From the NCBI GenBank assembly GCA_963745035.1, contig CAVUVW010000016.1, positions 176,085-240,084 on the forward strand: DNA of 64,000 bases, written 5' to 3'. This document shows, one piece after another, positions 42,028 through 52,120 of the stretch. The notes beneath the pieces are model-generated. The model made no database searches. It was not told where the DNA came from and saw only the letters and a program-made list of their open reading frames with translations. Positions within the stretch are counted from its first letter, which is position 1. Each line of letters opens with the position of its first letter. A program made the translations under genes and the position numbers. Origin of the DNA: an uncultured delta proteobacterium (GTDB taxonomy: Bacteria > Desulfobacterota > Binatia > UBA9968).

Positions 42028-43801
42028 ATGCCATCGATCACCAGTTGGATGCGGCTGGAGCCGCGCAGCCGCAACGCCGAGATGAATACCAGCTTGCAGG
42101 CGAGAATCTACGATCCGCTCTGGCTGCTGGCGCGGCAATGGCAGCTCGGCGAGTTCCAGGGCGAAGACAACGGCTCGCCGGTGATGGCGCGTTGGCGCGC
42201 GGAAGCGGCGCGGCTGACCCGCTATCATTCGGGCGCCATTGCACCGAACACCAGAGTCAAGCCCCGCAGTTATGACGGCAGCCGCATGCCGCTCGAAACA
42301 CTGGTCGAGCGGGAAACAATTCGTCCGGCAACAGATCAAACGGCGAAGCCGGAAAAACTCAGGCTGGCCGCAGAGGCGGGCCAGCAGTTCCTGCGCATGC
42401 TGGAACAGCAACCGCTGTCGCGTGATTACCGCGACGCCTTCATTCGCCGAATATCCGTTTCCGGCATTGACGACAGAGCAACGCGCCACACTCGACAGCG
42501 ACAGCCTCAGCTTCTTTGATCTGATGGCATCGCGTGTCCCCGACGGCCGGCGGCTCTATGCCGCGTTCCGTTCGACAAGCGCGGGCGGAATCGTCATCGC
42601 GCCCGCTCTGCAAATTGCTCCGGCCGATTTGGCGGAAGTCGAGAAGGCCGCGCGGCTCTGGTTGCAATGGTTCGAGACGCTTTTCAGCGAGCCTGAAGCA
42701 GTCAATCCGTCGTGGTTGCCGGAACGCATGGAGTATGCGTTTTCGGTTGGCAACGCGGTTCAGCGATGGCGAGCGCGTGTTGACGGCGCAGGAATATTTT
42801 GAAGGGCATCTGGACTGGTACGCCTTCGATGCGAATCCTGAGGTGACGCTCGGAGCAGCGACAGACAATGCCTTTACAGAAATCACGCGCACGGTCATTC
42901 CGGCTCCGGTCAGCTTTCGCGGAATGCCGGCGGCGCGGTTCTGGGAGTTTGAAGACGCGCAGGTGGACTTCGGCTCGGTGGACGCCGGGCCGACCGATCT
43001 GGCGCGCATGCTGCTGGTCGAATTTGCGCTGGCTTACGGCAACGACTGGTTTGTCATTCCCATCGAACTGGACGTTGGATCTCTCTATCGGACCCGTTCG
43101 TTAGTCATCACGGACACGTTCGGTGTCCGCACGCTGATCAAATCCTCCAGCGAGCTGGGCGAGCCCCATTCGCACGTGGCGAATGTTCCAGCATTCCCAT
43201 ACGCGAGGGAGCGGACTCACGAAGCCGGCGTCGAATCTGTTTTTCCTGCCCCCGTCGCTGCTCAAGAGTATGGAGAGCCGGCCGATTGAAGAGGTGCTGT
43301 TCCTGCGCGACGAGATGGCGAATCTGGCCTGGGCGGTTGAACGTTTGATTGAAAGCCCCGCCGAGCGACCGCTCAACCGATTTGAAGCTTACCTGGAACA
43401 GAAACGGCGTCGCGAACCGAGGCAATCGCCGCCACAGCCGGCGACAGCGCCGGACACGCTGCGTTATCGTCTTTCAACGGAAATCCCCGATTACTGGGTT
43501 CCGTTGACTGCCGGTGCGGACGGGGCAAGGGCTTCGTCTGAAGCGCGGCGCGGTGCTCAAGACGGATGGCTTGCCGGAACCTGTTCATGCACTGGGACGT
43601 ATTTTGGACTCCTGATCCCGGTCGAGCCTTGCATTGTTCGAAGAGGAAGTGCCGCGCGAAGGCGTTCGCGTTACGCGCAGCTATCAGTTCACCCGCTGGA
43701 TCGACGGCTCGACGCATTTATGGATCGGGCGGCGCAAACAGATCGGCCGCGGTGAAGGATCAAGCGGCCTGGGTTTCGACATTGTTAGGAATGAGCCTTG
43801 A
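42028..43801 (+). CDS. conserved uncharacterised protein, core gene 3 (~590 aa, multiple indels)
   Basis: GAGG RBS and ATG 8 nt after the previous stop. RLEPRSR...LQARIYDPLWLLARQWQLGEFQGEDNGSP, GHLDWYAFD, GMPAARFWEFED, EFALAYGNDWF, FLRDEMANLAWAVE, EEEVPREG, GRGEGSSGLGFD. Confidence 0.75.
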
Positions 43802-44059
43802 TCGTGAATTGCAGACCGTACCGCCTTGCGGCGACTTGAGAACAATTCCTTTCCGTCGTAACCCGCGAGACGACCGACATAAAGGTAGCGGTCTTAACGC
43901 GCAGAGCATCTCGGATTTCTAGGAAGTGGGGTCCGAGTTCTTGCGCGATCCGTGGTCGTGCGAAAAATAAAGACAAAGCCCGACGACGCCGATCCATATT
44001 CGCTTCATACCCATTGCCTCCTTCCGGATCGCGTAGCATTTTTCTTCAAAAACGATTTG

Positions 44060-44075
44060 ATAATTTATAAATTAT
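44060..44075. promoter_or_regulatory. perfect 16-bp AT-only palindrome, candidate operator
   Basis: ATAATTTATAAATTAT is its own reverse complement. It sits in a conspicuously AT-rich tract about 75 nt upstream of the GntR gene. Confidence 0.5.
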
Positions 44076-44148
44076 TTATTATGTAGCGCAGTGCGGCGTT
44101 GGGAAACAAGACAAAAATGCTTGATTACGAGCCCAAAGGAAATTCCGC

Positions 44149-44835
44149 GTGGAATATCTGAGTCTTGCCGAGATCGCTTACCAAAAGATCAAACAAGCGA
44201 TTCTCAAGCATGAAATCGTGCCGGGTGAGCGATTGTCGCATGAGGAACTGGTGCTGCGGCTCAAAATCAGCCAGACGCCGATCCGCGAGGCGCTGTCGCG
44301 GTTGGCCCAGGAAGGCTACGTCACCCGGCTCACCAACCGTGGTTATCGAGTGAGCGAAATGACTGCGGAGGAGGTCGAGGAACTCTTTGGTTTGCGCGGC
44401 GCGCTGGAGGCGTACTGTATCGACGAGGCGATCCGGCGCATCACGCCGGATGGCATCGCGGCGCTGGAGCAGAGTGTGAAAGCCTCGCGCAAGGCGATCG
44501 TGGCGAACGATCCGCTGGTCGACCGCTACATTATCAATAAGGACTTCCACGTGGAGCTGTCCGAGATTGCCGGCAACAGCGCTGTCAGCCGAGTCTTGAA
44601 CGACACCTGCGAGAAACTCGTGCTCAAGCGGCGCATCGAAGGCGTTTCGCACGGCGGCTTTGAGGTCTTGCGCCATCACCGGGAGATATTTCAAGCGATC
44701 AAGCGCAAGGATGCGAAGAAGGCGCAGGAGCTCATGCGATCTCACCTGCAAGAGATCAAGCGTATTTTACTCAAGCAGATTCAAGCGCGAACTCGAACGC
44801 CGCGCGCGTGCGTTAGTGGCGCGCGCATCATTGAC
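44149..44835 (+). CDS. GntR-family (FCD/FadR-type) transcriptional regulator; 3' end approximate
   Basis: SLAEIAYQKIKQAIL..IVPGERLS..ISQTPIREALSRLAQEG helix-turn-helix, FCD motifs NKDFHVEL and HHREIFQAI. The ORF track read-through to 45042 overlaps the next gene and probably reflects an indel. Confidence 0.9.
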
Positions 44836-44848
44836 AACGGAGTCAAGC

Positions 44849-46284
44849 ATGTCGCCTCACTCGAAAGACCTGCGCACTTTTCTGAAGATTCTCGACGATC
44901 GTTGGCCCGGCGAGGTGTTGCGCGTCGATACCCGGGGCAAGACATTCGATCTCGCCGAGTGCGACGCCGCGGCGTTTCTCGCCAAACTCAAAGGCGAGCG
45001 GCAAGCGACCGGCGACCTTTTTCGCGGCTTCAAGACGCTTAGCGGAAAAGTCTGGCCAGGTGAACTGTTGTTCTCCGAGCTGGCCACATTGCGCAAGCAG
45101 GCGGCGGCGATGGATCTCGACGGCGAAGTGAATTTTCAGAGATCTGGCGCAGGAATTCTCGCGGCGCAATCGTCTGACGACGAAGCCGGCAAAAATTCCC
45201 GCATCGGAGGCGCCGATTCACCAAACCGTGTTAACCGGTTCGCAGATGTCGCTTTTTGACCTGCCGGTTTACCGCAAAGATGAATTCGACGCCAAGCCGG
45301 GCTGGCTGTGCGCTATCGGCATCGGCAAAGAGCCGGATTCGGGCCGATACAATCTCTCCTGGCACCGGCTTCACGTTCACTCGCCCGAGCACGCCTCCGC
45401 GCGCATCAATCCGCGCCACTTGATGGAGTACATGAACCGCTACCGCGCCAAGGGTCACGACAAGATGCCGGTGGCCTTTGCCCTCGGCCATCATCCGGCG
45501 TTCGAAGTTGCGGCGGGCTCCAACTGCGCTTGGGGCGTCGACGAATATGAATTCGCCGGCGGCTTGATGGACAGCGCCGTGCGGGTCACGCCGTCGGCGA
45601 CGCTCGGAGAAGATTTTTTGATTCCCGCCGACGCCGAGATGGTGCTCGAAGGGATGATCGATCTGACCAAGAAAGAAATCTGCGGGCCGTGGGCGGATGT
45701 CATGCGCTATTACTCGCCGCAGACCCTCGAGCCGGTATTTACGCCGACGGCGTTTCTGATGCGGCACAATCCGATCTGCATCGGCAATTGGACCGGCCAC
45801 GATACTTATGGAGTGTTGGGCGCGGCGTCTTACGTTTACAGCGTTCTCAAAGAGCGTTACCCGCGCGTCCTCGCGGTCAATCAAGTCTGTCCCTACACCT
45901 ACGTGATTCAGTTCAAGCCGAGAGTGCCGGGAGAAAGCACGCGGCTTGCCGCGATGGCGCTCGGCAGCTTCGCCGACCGGATCAAGAACGTAATTCTGGT
46001 CGACGACGATATCGATCCGTTCGATTTGAGCATGGTGATGTTTGCCATCAGCACGCGGACCGACGCCGATTCCGCCCAGGTCCAGATCATTCGCGATCTT
46101 CAAGCCAACCGCCAGGATCCGTCGACGGAACAAATATTTGCGCGTCGGCGGTTTGATCATCGACAGCACCAAGCCCGTGGGCAAGCCGTTTCCGGATATC
46201 GGCAAGCCGCCCGACGACGCGCTGGCGCGAATTCGTCTGGAAGATTTCGTCAGCGCGGCCGAGTTGGGAAAAGTGACGGGATGA
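44849..46284 (+). CDS. UbiD-family decarboxylase-like protein (#2; indels at ~45135 and ~46130)
   Basis: KDLRTFLKIL, YNLSWHRL, VAFALGHHP, IPADAEMVLEG, VILVDDDIDPFD...AISTR, GLIIDSTKP. Confidence 0.85.
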
Positions 46285-46327
46285 TGTCGGATGGCGGTTA
46301 AGAACGATACAGTGAATGCAGCGCGAG

Positions 46328-46432
46328 TTCCTTTCCCCTTGACGGGGAAAGGTTAGGATAGGGGTGCGAAGCGCGCCATTGAAAACGGAAGGGCACCCCT
46401 ACCTTCGTCGCTTCCCCGTCAAGGGGAAGGAA
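46328..46432. repeat. REP-like palindromic element, family 1, copy 1
   Basis: TTCCTTTCCCCTTGACGGGGAAAGG..GATAGGGGTG ... CACCCCTACC..CTTCCCCGTCAAGGGGAAGGAA: long terminal inverted repeats, each with an internal hairpin. A second copy lies at 51798-51894. Confidence 0.8.
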
Positions 46433-46515
46433 TGAAACGAGAATCGGCAAAACTCGGGATCGCGAGAACGAGTAAACGTCGATCTATTTGCGACGGTCAC
46501 GATAGGAGAACGTCC

Positions 46516-46686
46516 ATGCCACCGGAATTTTATATTACTTGTCCGAAATGCGGCCACCGCTACAACGTTCACAAAATGATCTACGACGAGGGCGAAGAGT
46601 TTTCCATGTTCTGTCCGGTTTGTACGGCAAGATATCCCAGGAAAGACGGAAAAATCGATGCGGCCAATTTCGACATCAAGAAATAG
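46516..46686 (+). CDS. small zinc-ribbon protein (56 aa)
   Basis: AGGAG RBS then ATG 46516. MPPEFYITCPKCGHRY...MFCPVCTARY contains two CxxC pairs. Confidence 0.75.
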   Translation: MPPEFYITCPKCGHRYNVHKMIYDEGEEFSMFCPVCTARYPRKDGKIDAANFDIKK

Positions 46687-46695
46687 GAAACAAAT

Positions 46696-47570
46696 TTGAA
46701 ATCCGCAGACTTTAAATATCACCGGCCGCGCGAGATCGATGAAGCGCTGACTTTATTGAAGGAAGTCGGCGAAGACGGCAAGATTCTCGCCGGCGGCCAA
46801 AGCTTGATGCCGATGATGAATTTCCGGCTGGCCGAGCCGGCGCATCTGATCGATATCAATTTCATCGACGGCCTGGATTATATCCGCAGCGAAAACGGCG
46901 CAGATCAAGATCGGCTGCTTGGCGCGCCAAGCGCCGTGCTGGGCGATCCGTTGGTTCGACAACGCTGTCCGTTGCTCGCCGCTGCCTTGGCTCACGTCGG
47001 CTATGAGCAGACGCGCAATCGCGGCACATTCTGCGGCAGCCTGGCGCACGCCGATCCGGCGGCGGAGCTGCCGGCGGTATTGCTGGCGTTGGACGGTTCG
47101 GTCACGGTCGGCAATTCGAACGCGCACGCGGCAAGTGTCCGCGCGAGATTTGTTTCAATCCTACCTGACCACCGCGCTTGGCGGCGACGAGATGGTGCTG
47201 GAAGCCTCGCTTCCCGAGCAGCCGACGAGTTCGGGCTCCTCGTTCGTCGAGTTCGCGCGCCGCTTCGGCGATTTCGCCATCGTCGGCGTCGCGGCGTCAT
47301 TGGTGCTGTCCAAGGATGAAATTACCGATGCGAGAATTGCCTTCACGGGGGTCGGCGACAAACCGTGGCGCGAGCGCAAGCCGGAAGAAATTCTAATCGG
47401 CAAAAAAGCAACGCCGGATCTATTCAGCACGGCGGCCAACGAGATCGCCGCGGACATCGACCCGGGCTCGGACATCCACGCCAGCGCGGCTTACCGCCGA
47501 TCACTCACGCGGTGTTGACCCGGCGGGCTTTGACTGATGCCTGGAACAAGCGCGAATTGGCGGGATTGAG
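46696..47570 (+). CDS. xanthine dehydrogenase-family FAD-binding medium subunit (CoxM/CutM-like; indels, end approximate)
   Basis: KILAGGQSLMPMMNFRLA, QTRNRGTFCGSLAHADPAAELP, RRFGDFAIVG, SDIHASAAYRR. Confidence 0.88.
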
Positions 47571-47608
47571 ACATGGTGGAGTGAGACAAACATCGGTGTC
47601 TGAAAACT

Positions 47609-47710
47609 TTCCCCCTTTGGAAAATAGGCGGGCACAAGGGGGATTTCGGCTGTGGTGGAGCTGTGGGTCACTCGGAAAATCTCCCCTCGCCCCTCTTTCA
47701 AAGAGGGGTA
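47609..47710. repeat. REP-like palindromic element, family 2
   Basis: TTCCCCCTTTGGAAAA..GGGGGATTT ... AAATCTCCCC..CCCCTCTTTCAAAGAGGGG, an imperfect inverted arrangement between the M and S subunit genes. Confidence 0.6.
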
Positions 47711-47736
47711 AATCCTGACTATGTCGAAATTCATGA

Positions 47737-48225
47737 ATGGACATGCGGAAGATTAGATTGATCGTCAACGGCAAGCCGGTCGAAAGGGAAGTCGACAGCC
47801 GGCAAAATCTCGCCGATTTTTTGCGCCACGAATTGACCCTGACCGGCACCCATGTCGGCTGCGAGCATGGTGTGTGCGGCAGTTGCACGGTGCAGCAGAA
47901 CGGCGCGCCGGTGCGCTCCTGTTTGATGCTGGCGGTGCAGGCCGACGAGTCCGAGATTACCACCGTGGAAGGTCTCGCTGACAACGGTGCGCTGGGCCCA
48001 CTGCAGCAAGCGTTCAAGAAACATCACGCGCTCCAGTGCGGTTTTTGCACGCCGGGATTCTTGATGACGGCGGATGCTCTGCTGCGCAAAGCGGCCCGCT
48101 GACCGACGCCGAGGTGCGCCAAGCGGTGTCGGGCAATCTATGCCGCTGCACCGGTTATCAAAATATCGTCAATGCCATCGTCGAGACTTCAGGCGGACGA
48201 ACCGGTAACGCCGCGAGCCATCATG
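47737..48225 (+). CDS. (2Fe-2S) small subunit, CoxS/CutS-like (indel at ~48090, end approximate)
   Basis: [40 protein letters not shown]. Confidence 0.92.
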
Positions 48226-50586
48226 AGCACTGCGGTCCAGCGGTTCAAAGTTTATCGGCGCGCGGGTGGAGCGCGCCGAAGACAACGAGCTGTTGACCGG
48301 CAAGGGCGTATTCGTCGACGACATCGATTTTCCCGGCATGTTGCACGCGCACGTGCTGCGCAGCGTCCATGCGCGTGCCAAAATCTTGCGCATCGACACC
48401 GCTGCCGCCAAACGCGCTCCCGGGCGTCGTCGATGTGATCACCTTCGAAGATCTGGGCGCGGTGCGCAAGTTGCCGCTGACGATTCCTCATCCGAATCTA
48501 AAACCGCTCACCGAATTTCCCCTGGCCAAGGATCAGGTGCGCTACGTCGGCGAACCGGTCGCCGTCATCGTCGCGACAGTCGCGCCATTTGGCCGAAGAC
48601 GCCGCGCCATTGATCGAAGTCGAGTACGAAGCCACTGCGGCCTGCGTCGAGATCGAAAAGGCGCTGGCGCAGGACGCGCCGCTGGTGCACGAGAGCGAAC
48701 CCGATAACGTCGCGGGTTTCATGAAGCAGTCGACCGGCAACGTCGAGAAGGCGTTCGCGGAAGCGGATCACGTGATCAAGGAAACTCTGCGGGTGCATCG
48801 CGGCGGCTGCCATGCGATCGAGACCCGCGGCATCGTCGCGCAATTCGATCCCAAAGGCCGGATTTCTTACGATCTGGGCTTCGTGCCAGGGACCGCACCG
48901 AATTCGCCGCACGCTATTGCAGCTGATGGACATGCCCGAGCATAGAGTCAGCGTGATCGCGCCGCGGGTGGGCGGCGGCTTCGGTCCCAAGGGCGGTTTT
49001 TATCCGGAAAATTTTCTGGTGCCCTGGCTCGCCGTGCGCCTCGGCAAGGCGGTCAAGTGGATAGAGGACCGGCGCGAACATTTCATCGCCAGCCGCCAGG
49101 AGCGCGATCAGACCCACTGGGTCGAAGCGGCATTCAACAACGACGGCAAAGTCGTCGGGCTGAAGAATTTTTTTCTCTACGATACCGGCGCCTACAGCAC
49201 GAGCTTGGTCGTTCCTTGGATCACCTTGGCGACCATTCCCGGGCCTTACAAGATCGCCAATCTGCAGCTGGAGTTCAAAGCGGTTTACACCAACAAAGTC
49301 ACCGCCATGGTGGTGCGCGGCGCGGGCCGGCCGCAGGCGGTCTATGTGATGGAAAAAATCATGGACCGGGTCGCGCGCGAGCTGGATCATGGACCCCGCC
49401 GAAGTGCGCCGGCGCAATTTCATTCAGAAAGACGAATATCCCTACAACGTCGGCATTATCTACCGCGATAACAATCCGCTCGAGTACGACAGCGGCAACT
49501 ATCCCGCTTGCCTGGAAGAAGCGCTCGAAGATGATCGGCTACGAGGATTTTCGTAAAACGCAAGCGGCCGAACGCAAGCGCGGCGCGCGCTTGGCGTCGG
49601 CATCGCGGCTTACGTCGAAGGCACCGGATTTGGTCCTTACGAGGGCGGCAGCGTCAAGGTCGGCACCGACGGCAGAATTTATGTTTTCACCGGCGCGGCA
49701 TCGCAGGGGCAGGGACAGGAGACCGCACTCGGCCAGATTTGCGCCGATTATCTCGGTGTCGATTTCAAAAACGTCGACGTCGTTACCGGCGACAGCGCGG
49801 CGATCCCGTACGGCGTGGGCACTTTCGCCAGCCGAGTGATGGTGACCGCGGGCAATGCGATCGCGCAGGCGGCGGAGCAGTTGCGACAGAAAGCGCTGGA
49901 GTTGGCCGCCAACAAGCTGGAATGCCGCAGCGAGGATCTGGATTTGGTCAACGGGCGAAATCTTCGTCAAGGGAACGCCGGAAAAAAAATCACGCTGCGA
50001 ATGCTGGCGCACGAAGCGGCGAATCGGGTGTCGGGTTTTATGGTTGATCGAAGCATCGAGCCGGGGCTCGAGGCGACGGTTTATTATTCGCCGCGCCGAT
50101 CGACCCACTCCAACGGCGTTCACGTCGCGGTTGTCAAAGTCGACGAAGAAACCGGTCACGTGGAAGTTCAGCGATACGCGGTTGCGCACGATTGCGGCAC
50201 GATGATCAATCCGATGCTGGTGGACGGTCAGATTCACGGCGGCGTGGCCCATGGCATCGGCAACGCGCTCTACGAAGAAGTGATTCACGACGAGAGCGGG
50301 CAGATATTGAACGGCAGTTACATGGACTATTACTTTCCCGGCGCCATGGAAGTGCCGCGCATGGATGTCGCTCATATCGAAACGCCGACGCCGCTCAATC
50401 CGCTCGGCTGCAAAGGCGCCGGCGAAGGCGGCACGATTCCGGCGCCGACGGCCGTGGCGCTGGCCATCGAAGATGCGCTTGGCTGATTTGAAAGTGAAAG
50501 TGGATCGAATACCAGTGAATCCGGAAGCGTTGTTAAATTTGATCGAAGCGGCGAAAGCGGACGGAGCGGTAAGGCGTCAGGAGTGA
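48223..50586 (+). CDS. xanthine dehydrogenase-family molybdopterin large subunit #1 (multiple indels)
   Basis: [41 protein letters not shown], loop [46 protein letters not shown]. Confidence 0.9.
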
Positions 50587-50657
50587 GGTGAGTTCGATAA
50601 CCTGCCCTTACGCGCCTAACTCCTCACCGGTTATTTGAAACCAAGGAGGTGCAGCCC

Positions 50658-51701
50658 ATGGTTATGATGGAACGTTTCGGCAGTCCGAGCACGCGGATGA
50701 TGTCGGTGATGAAAAGCTTTCAGGTCCCGGTGCGCTCGGTGCAACCCGGCGACAAATTGCTCGTGATTACCGACGATGCGATGGATCCGTTGATCTGGCA
50801 GTGCATGATGGCGGCGATCAACGAGAAAGGTGGCGAGGCGGTGCTGTGCATGTGGCCGAGATTATCGCGGCATTTTGCCGACGTTCCGCAGATGGCGATT
50901 GAGGCGGCTCGCGGCGCTGATGTCGTCGTGGCGCTGACGACCACGGCGATGAGCAATTCCACGCCGGGCTCGCGCGCCATGCGCCAGGCTTGCGGCGGCC
51001 CATGTGGTTGATGGAAGAGTTGACGGTTGAAATCCTCGTCGATGGCGGCGGCCGGACTTCAATGACAGACATCGAAGAGATTTGCGCTCTCGGGCGCAAG
51101 GTCGGCGAGCTGCAGGACAGCGGCAAAAAAATTCGCGTGCAAGCGGACAACGGCACTGATCTCACGCGCAGAGATCGGTGGCTTGGAGCCGGGGTTTTTT
51201 GCCAACTGGTGGGGACGAATTCCTTTTGGGCGCAATCAGAAGAACGGCAGGTTGGCCGGCGGCACTTGGCCCTGGGGTGAAGCTCACGTCGAGCCGGTGC
51301 CGGGCACGGCCAACGGCAAAGTGGTATGGGAAGTGACGGCGCAGTTTCCGCCCGGGCGCTGGAAGCATCCGGTGACCTTGGTGATCAAAGACGGGCCGCT
51401 GCGTCGATATCCAAGGCAAGACCGAAGCGGATCAAGTGCGTTGGTTTGTGAAAACTTATGGCGATGAGAACTCGTGGCTCGTCGGTGGCGAAATCTCGGT
51501 CGGTCTCAACAAGCTTTGCCAGAAAGACAACGATTCAGTGCGCGAGTGGAAAAAACACTACGGCGCGATGCATTTCGGCATCGGCCACGGCGCCGACCGC
51601 GGCAAGGTCAACAGCATTCTCAGATTGGAAGGGATCACCGACTGGATCACGATGACCATCGACAACACGGTGGTGTGCGAAAGGGGCAGTTTAAGATTTA
51701 A
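50658..51701 (+). CDS. M29/thermophilic leucyl aminopeptidase-like (NicX-like) fold protein (several indels)
   Basis: AAGGAGG RBS. VQPGDKLLVITD, ADVVVALTT, IRVQADNGTDL, PWGEAHVEPVPGTANG, GEISVGLN, GAMHFGIG. Confidence 0.7.
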
Positions 51702-51797
51702 CAGATTGATCGACCACGAAGTGATTCATGAGTGTTACGCACGCCCGCAGAGAAATGAAGATGGCAGTTTATCGCTGCATCATTCTTGGTTCCATCG

Positions 51798-51894
51798 CCT
51801 TTCCCCTTGATGGGGAAAGGCAGGGATAGGGGTGCCTCGGACCGATCAACGCTATCACCCCTACCTTTGCTCCTTCCCCGTCAAAGGGAAGGAA
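51798..51894. repeat. REP-like palindromic element, family 1, copy 2
   Basis: CCTTTCCCCTTGATGGGGAAAGG..GGATAGGGGTG ... CACCCCTACCTT..CCTTCCCCGTCAAAGGGAAGGAA. Confidence 0.8.
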
Positions 51895-52120
51895 ATACGA
51901 CGCTGTCGCCGGCTGAGACTTTTTCAGAAGTCAGCCAATGGCGAAGTCATAAACAATTTTCGAGGAAGGGCACGAAATAGCACGAAGCAGAAATTTAACC
52001 GCAAAGGACCAAAGTTCATAGAGAAGAATTCGTGAACTTCGTGCATTCTGCGGTGAGGGCTCCTCAAGAGTTCTAATCGTTAGCCGTATTTGAAGCGAGT
52101 TAATCGCGAAGGAGCAAGAT

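Noticed and set aside
22540-43801. Prophage, eCIS, T6SS or integrative element as the identity of the operon
   Set aside because: No recognisable sheath, tube, baseplate, VgrG/PAAR, terminase, integrase, att site or tRNA target.
46696-50586. Aerobic CO dehydrogenase (coxMSL)
   Set aside because: The large subunit lacks the form I AYxCSFR loop (it has VRGAGR), and no coxDEFG accessory genes are present. It is called only an XDH-family molybdoenzyme.
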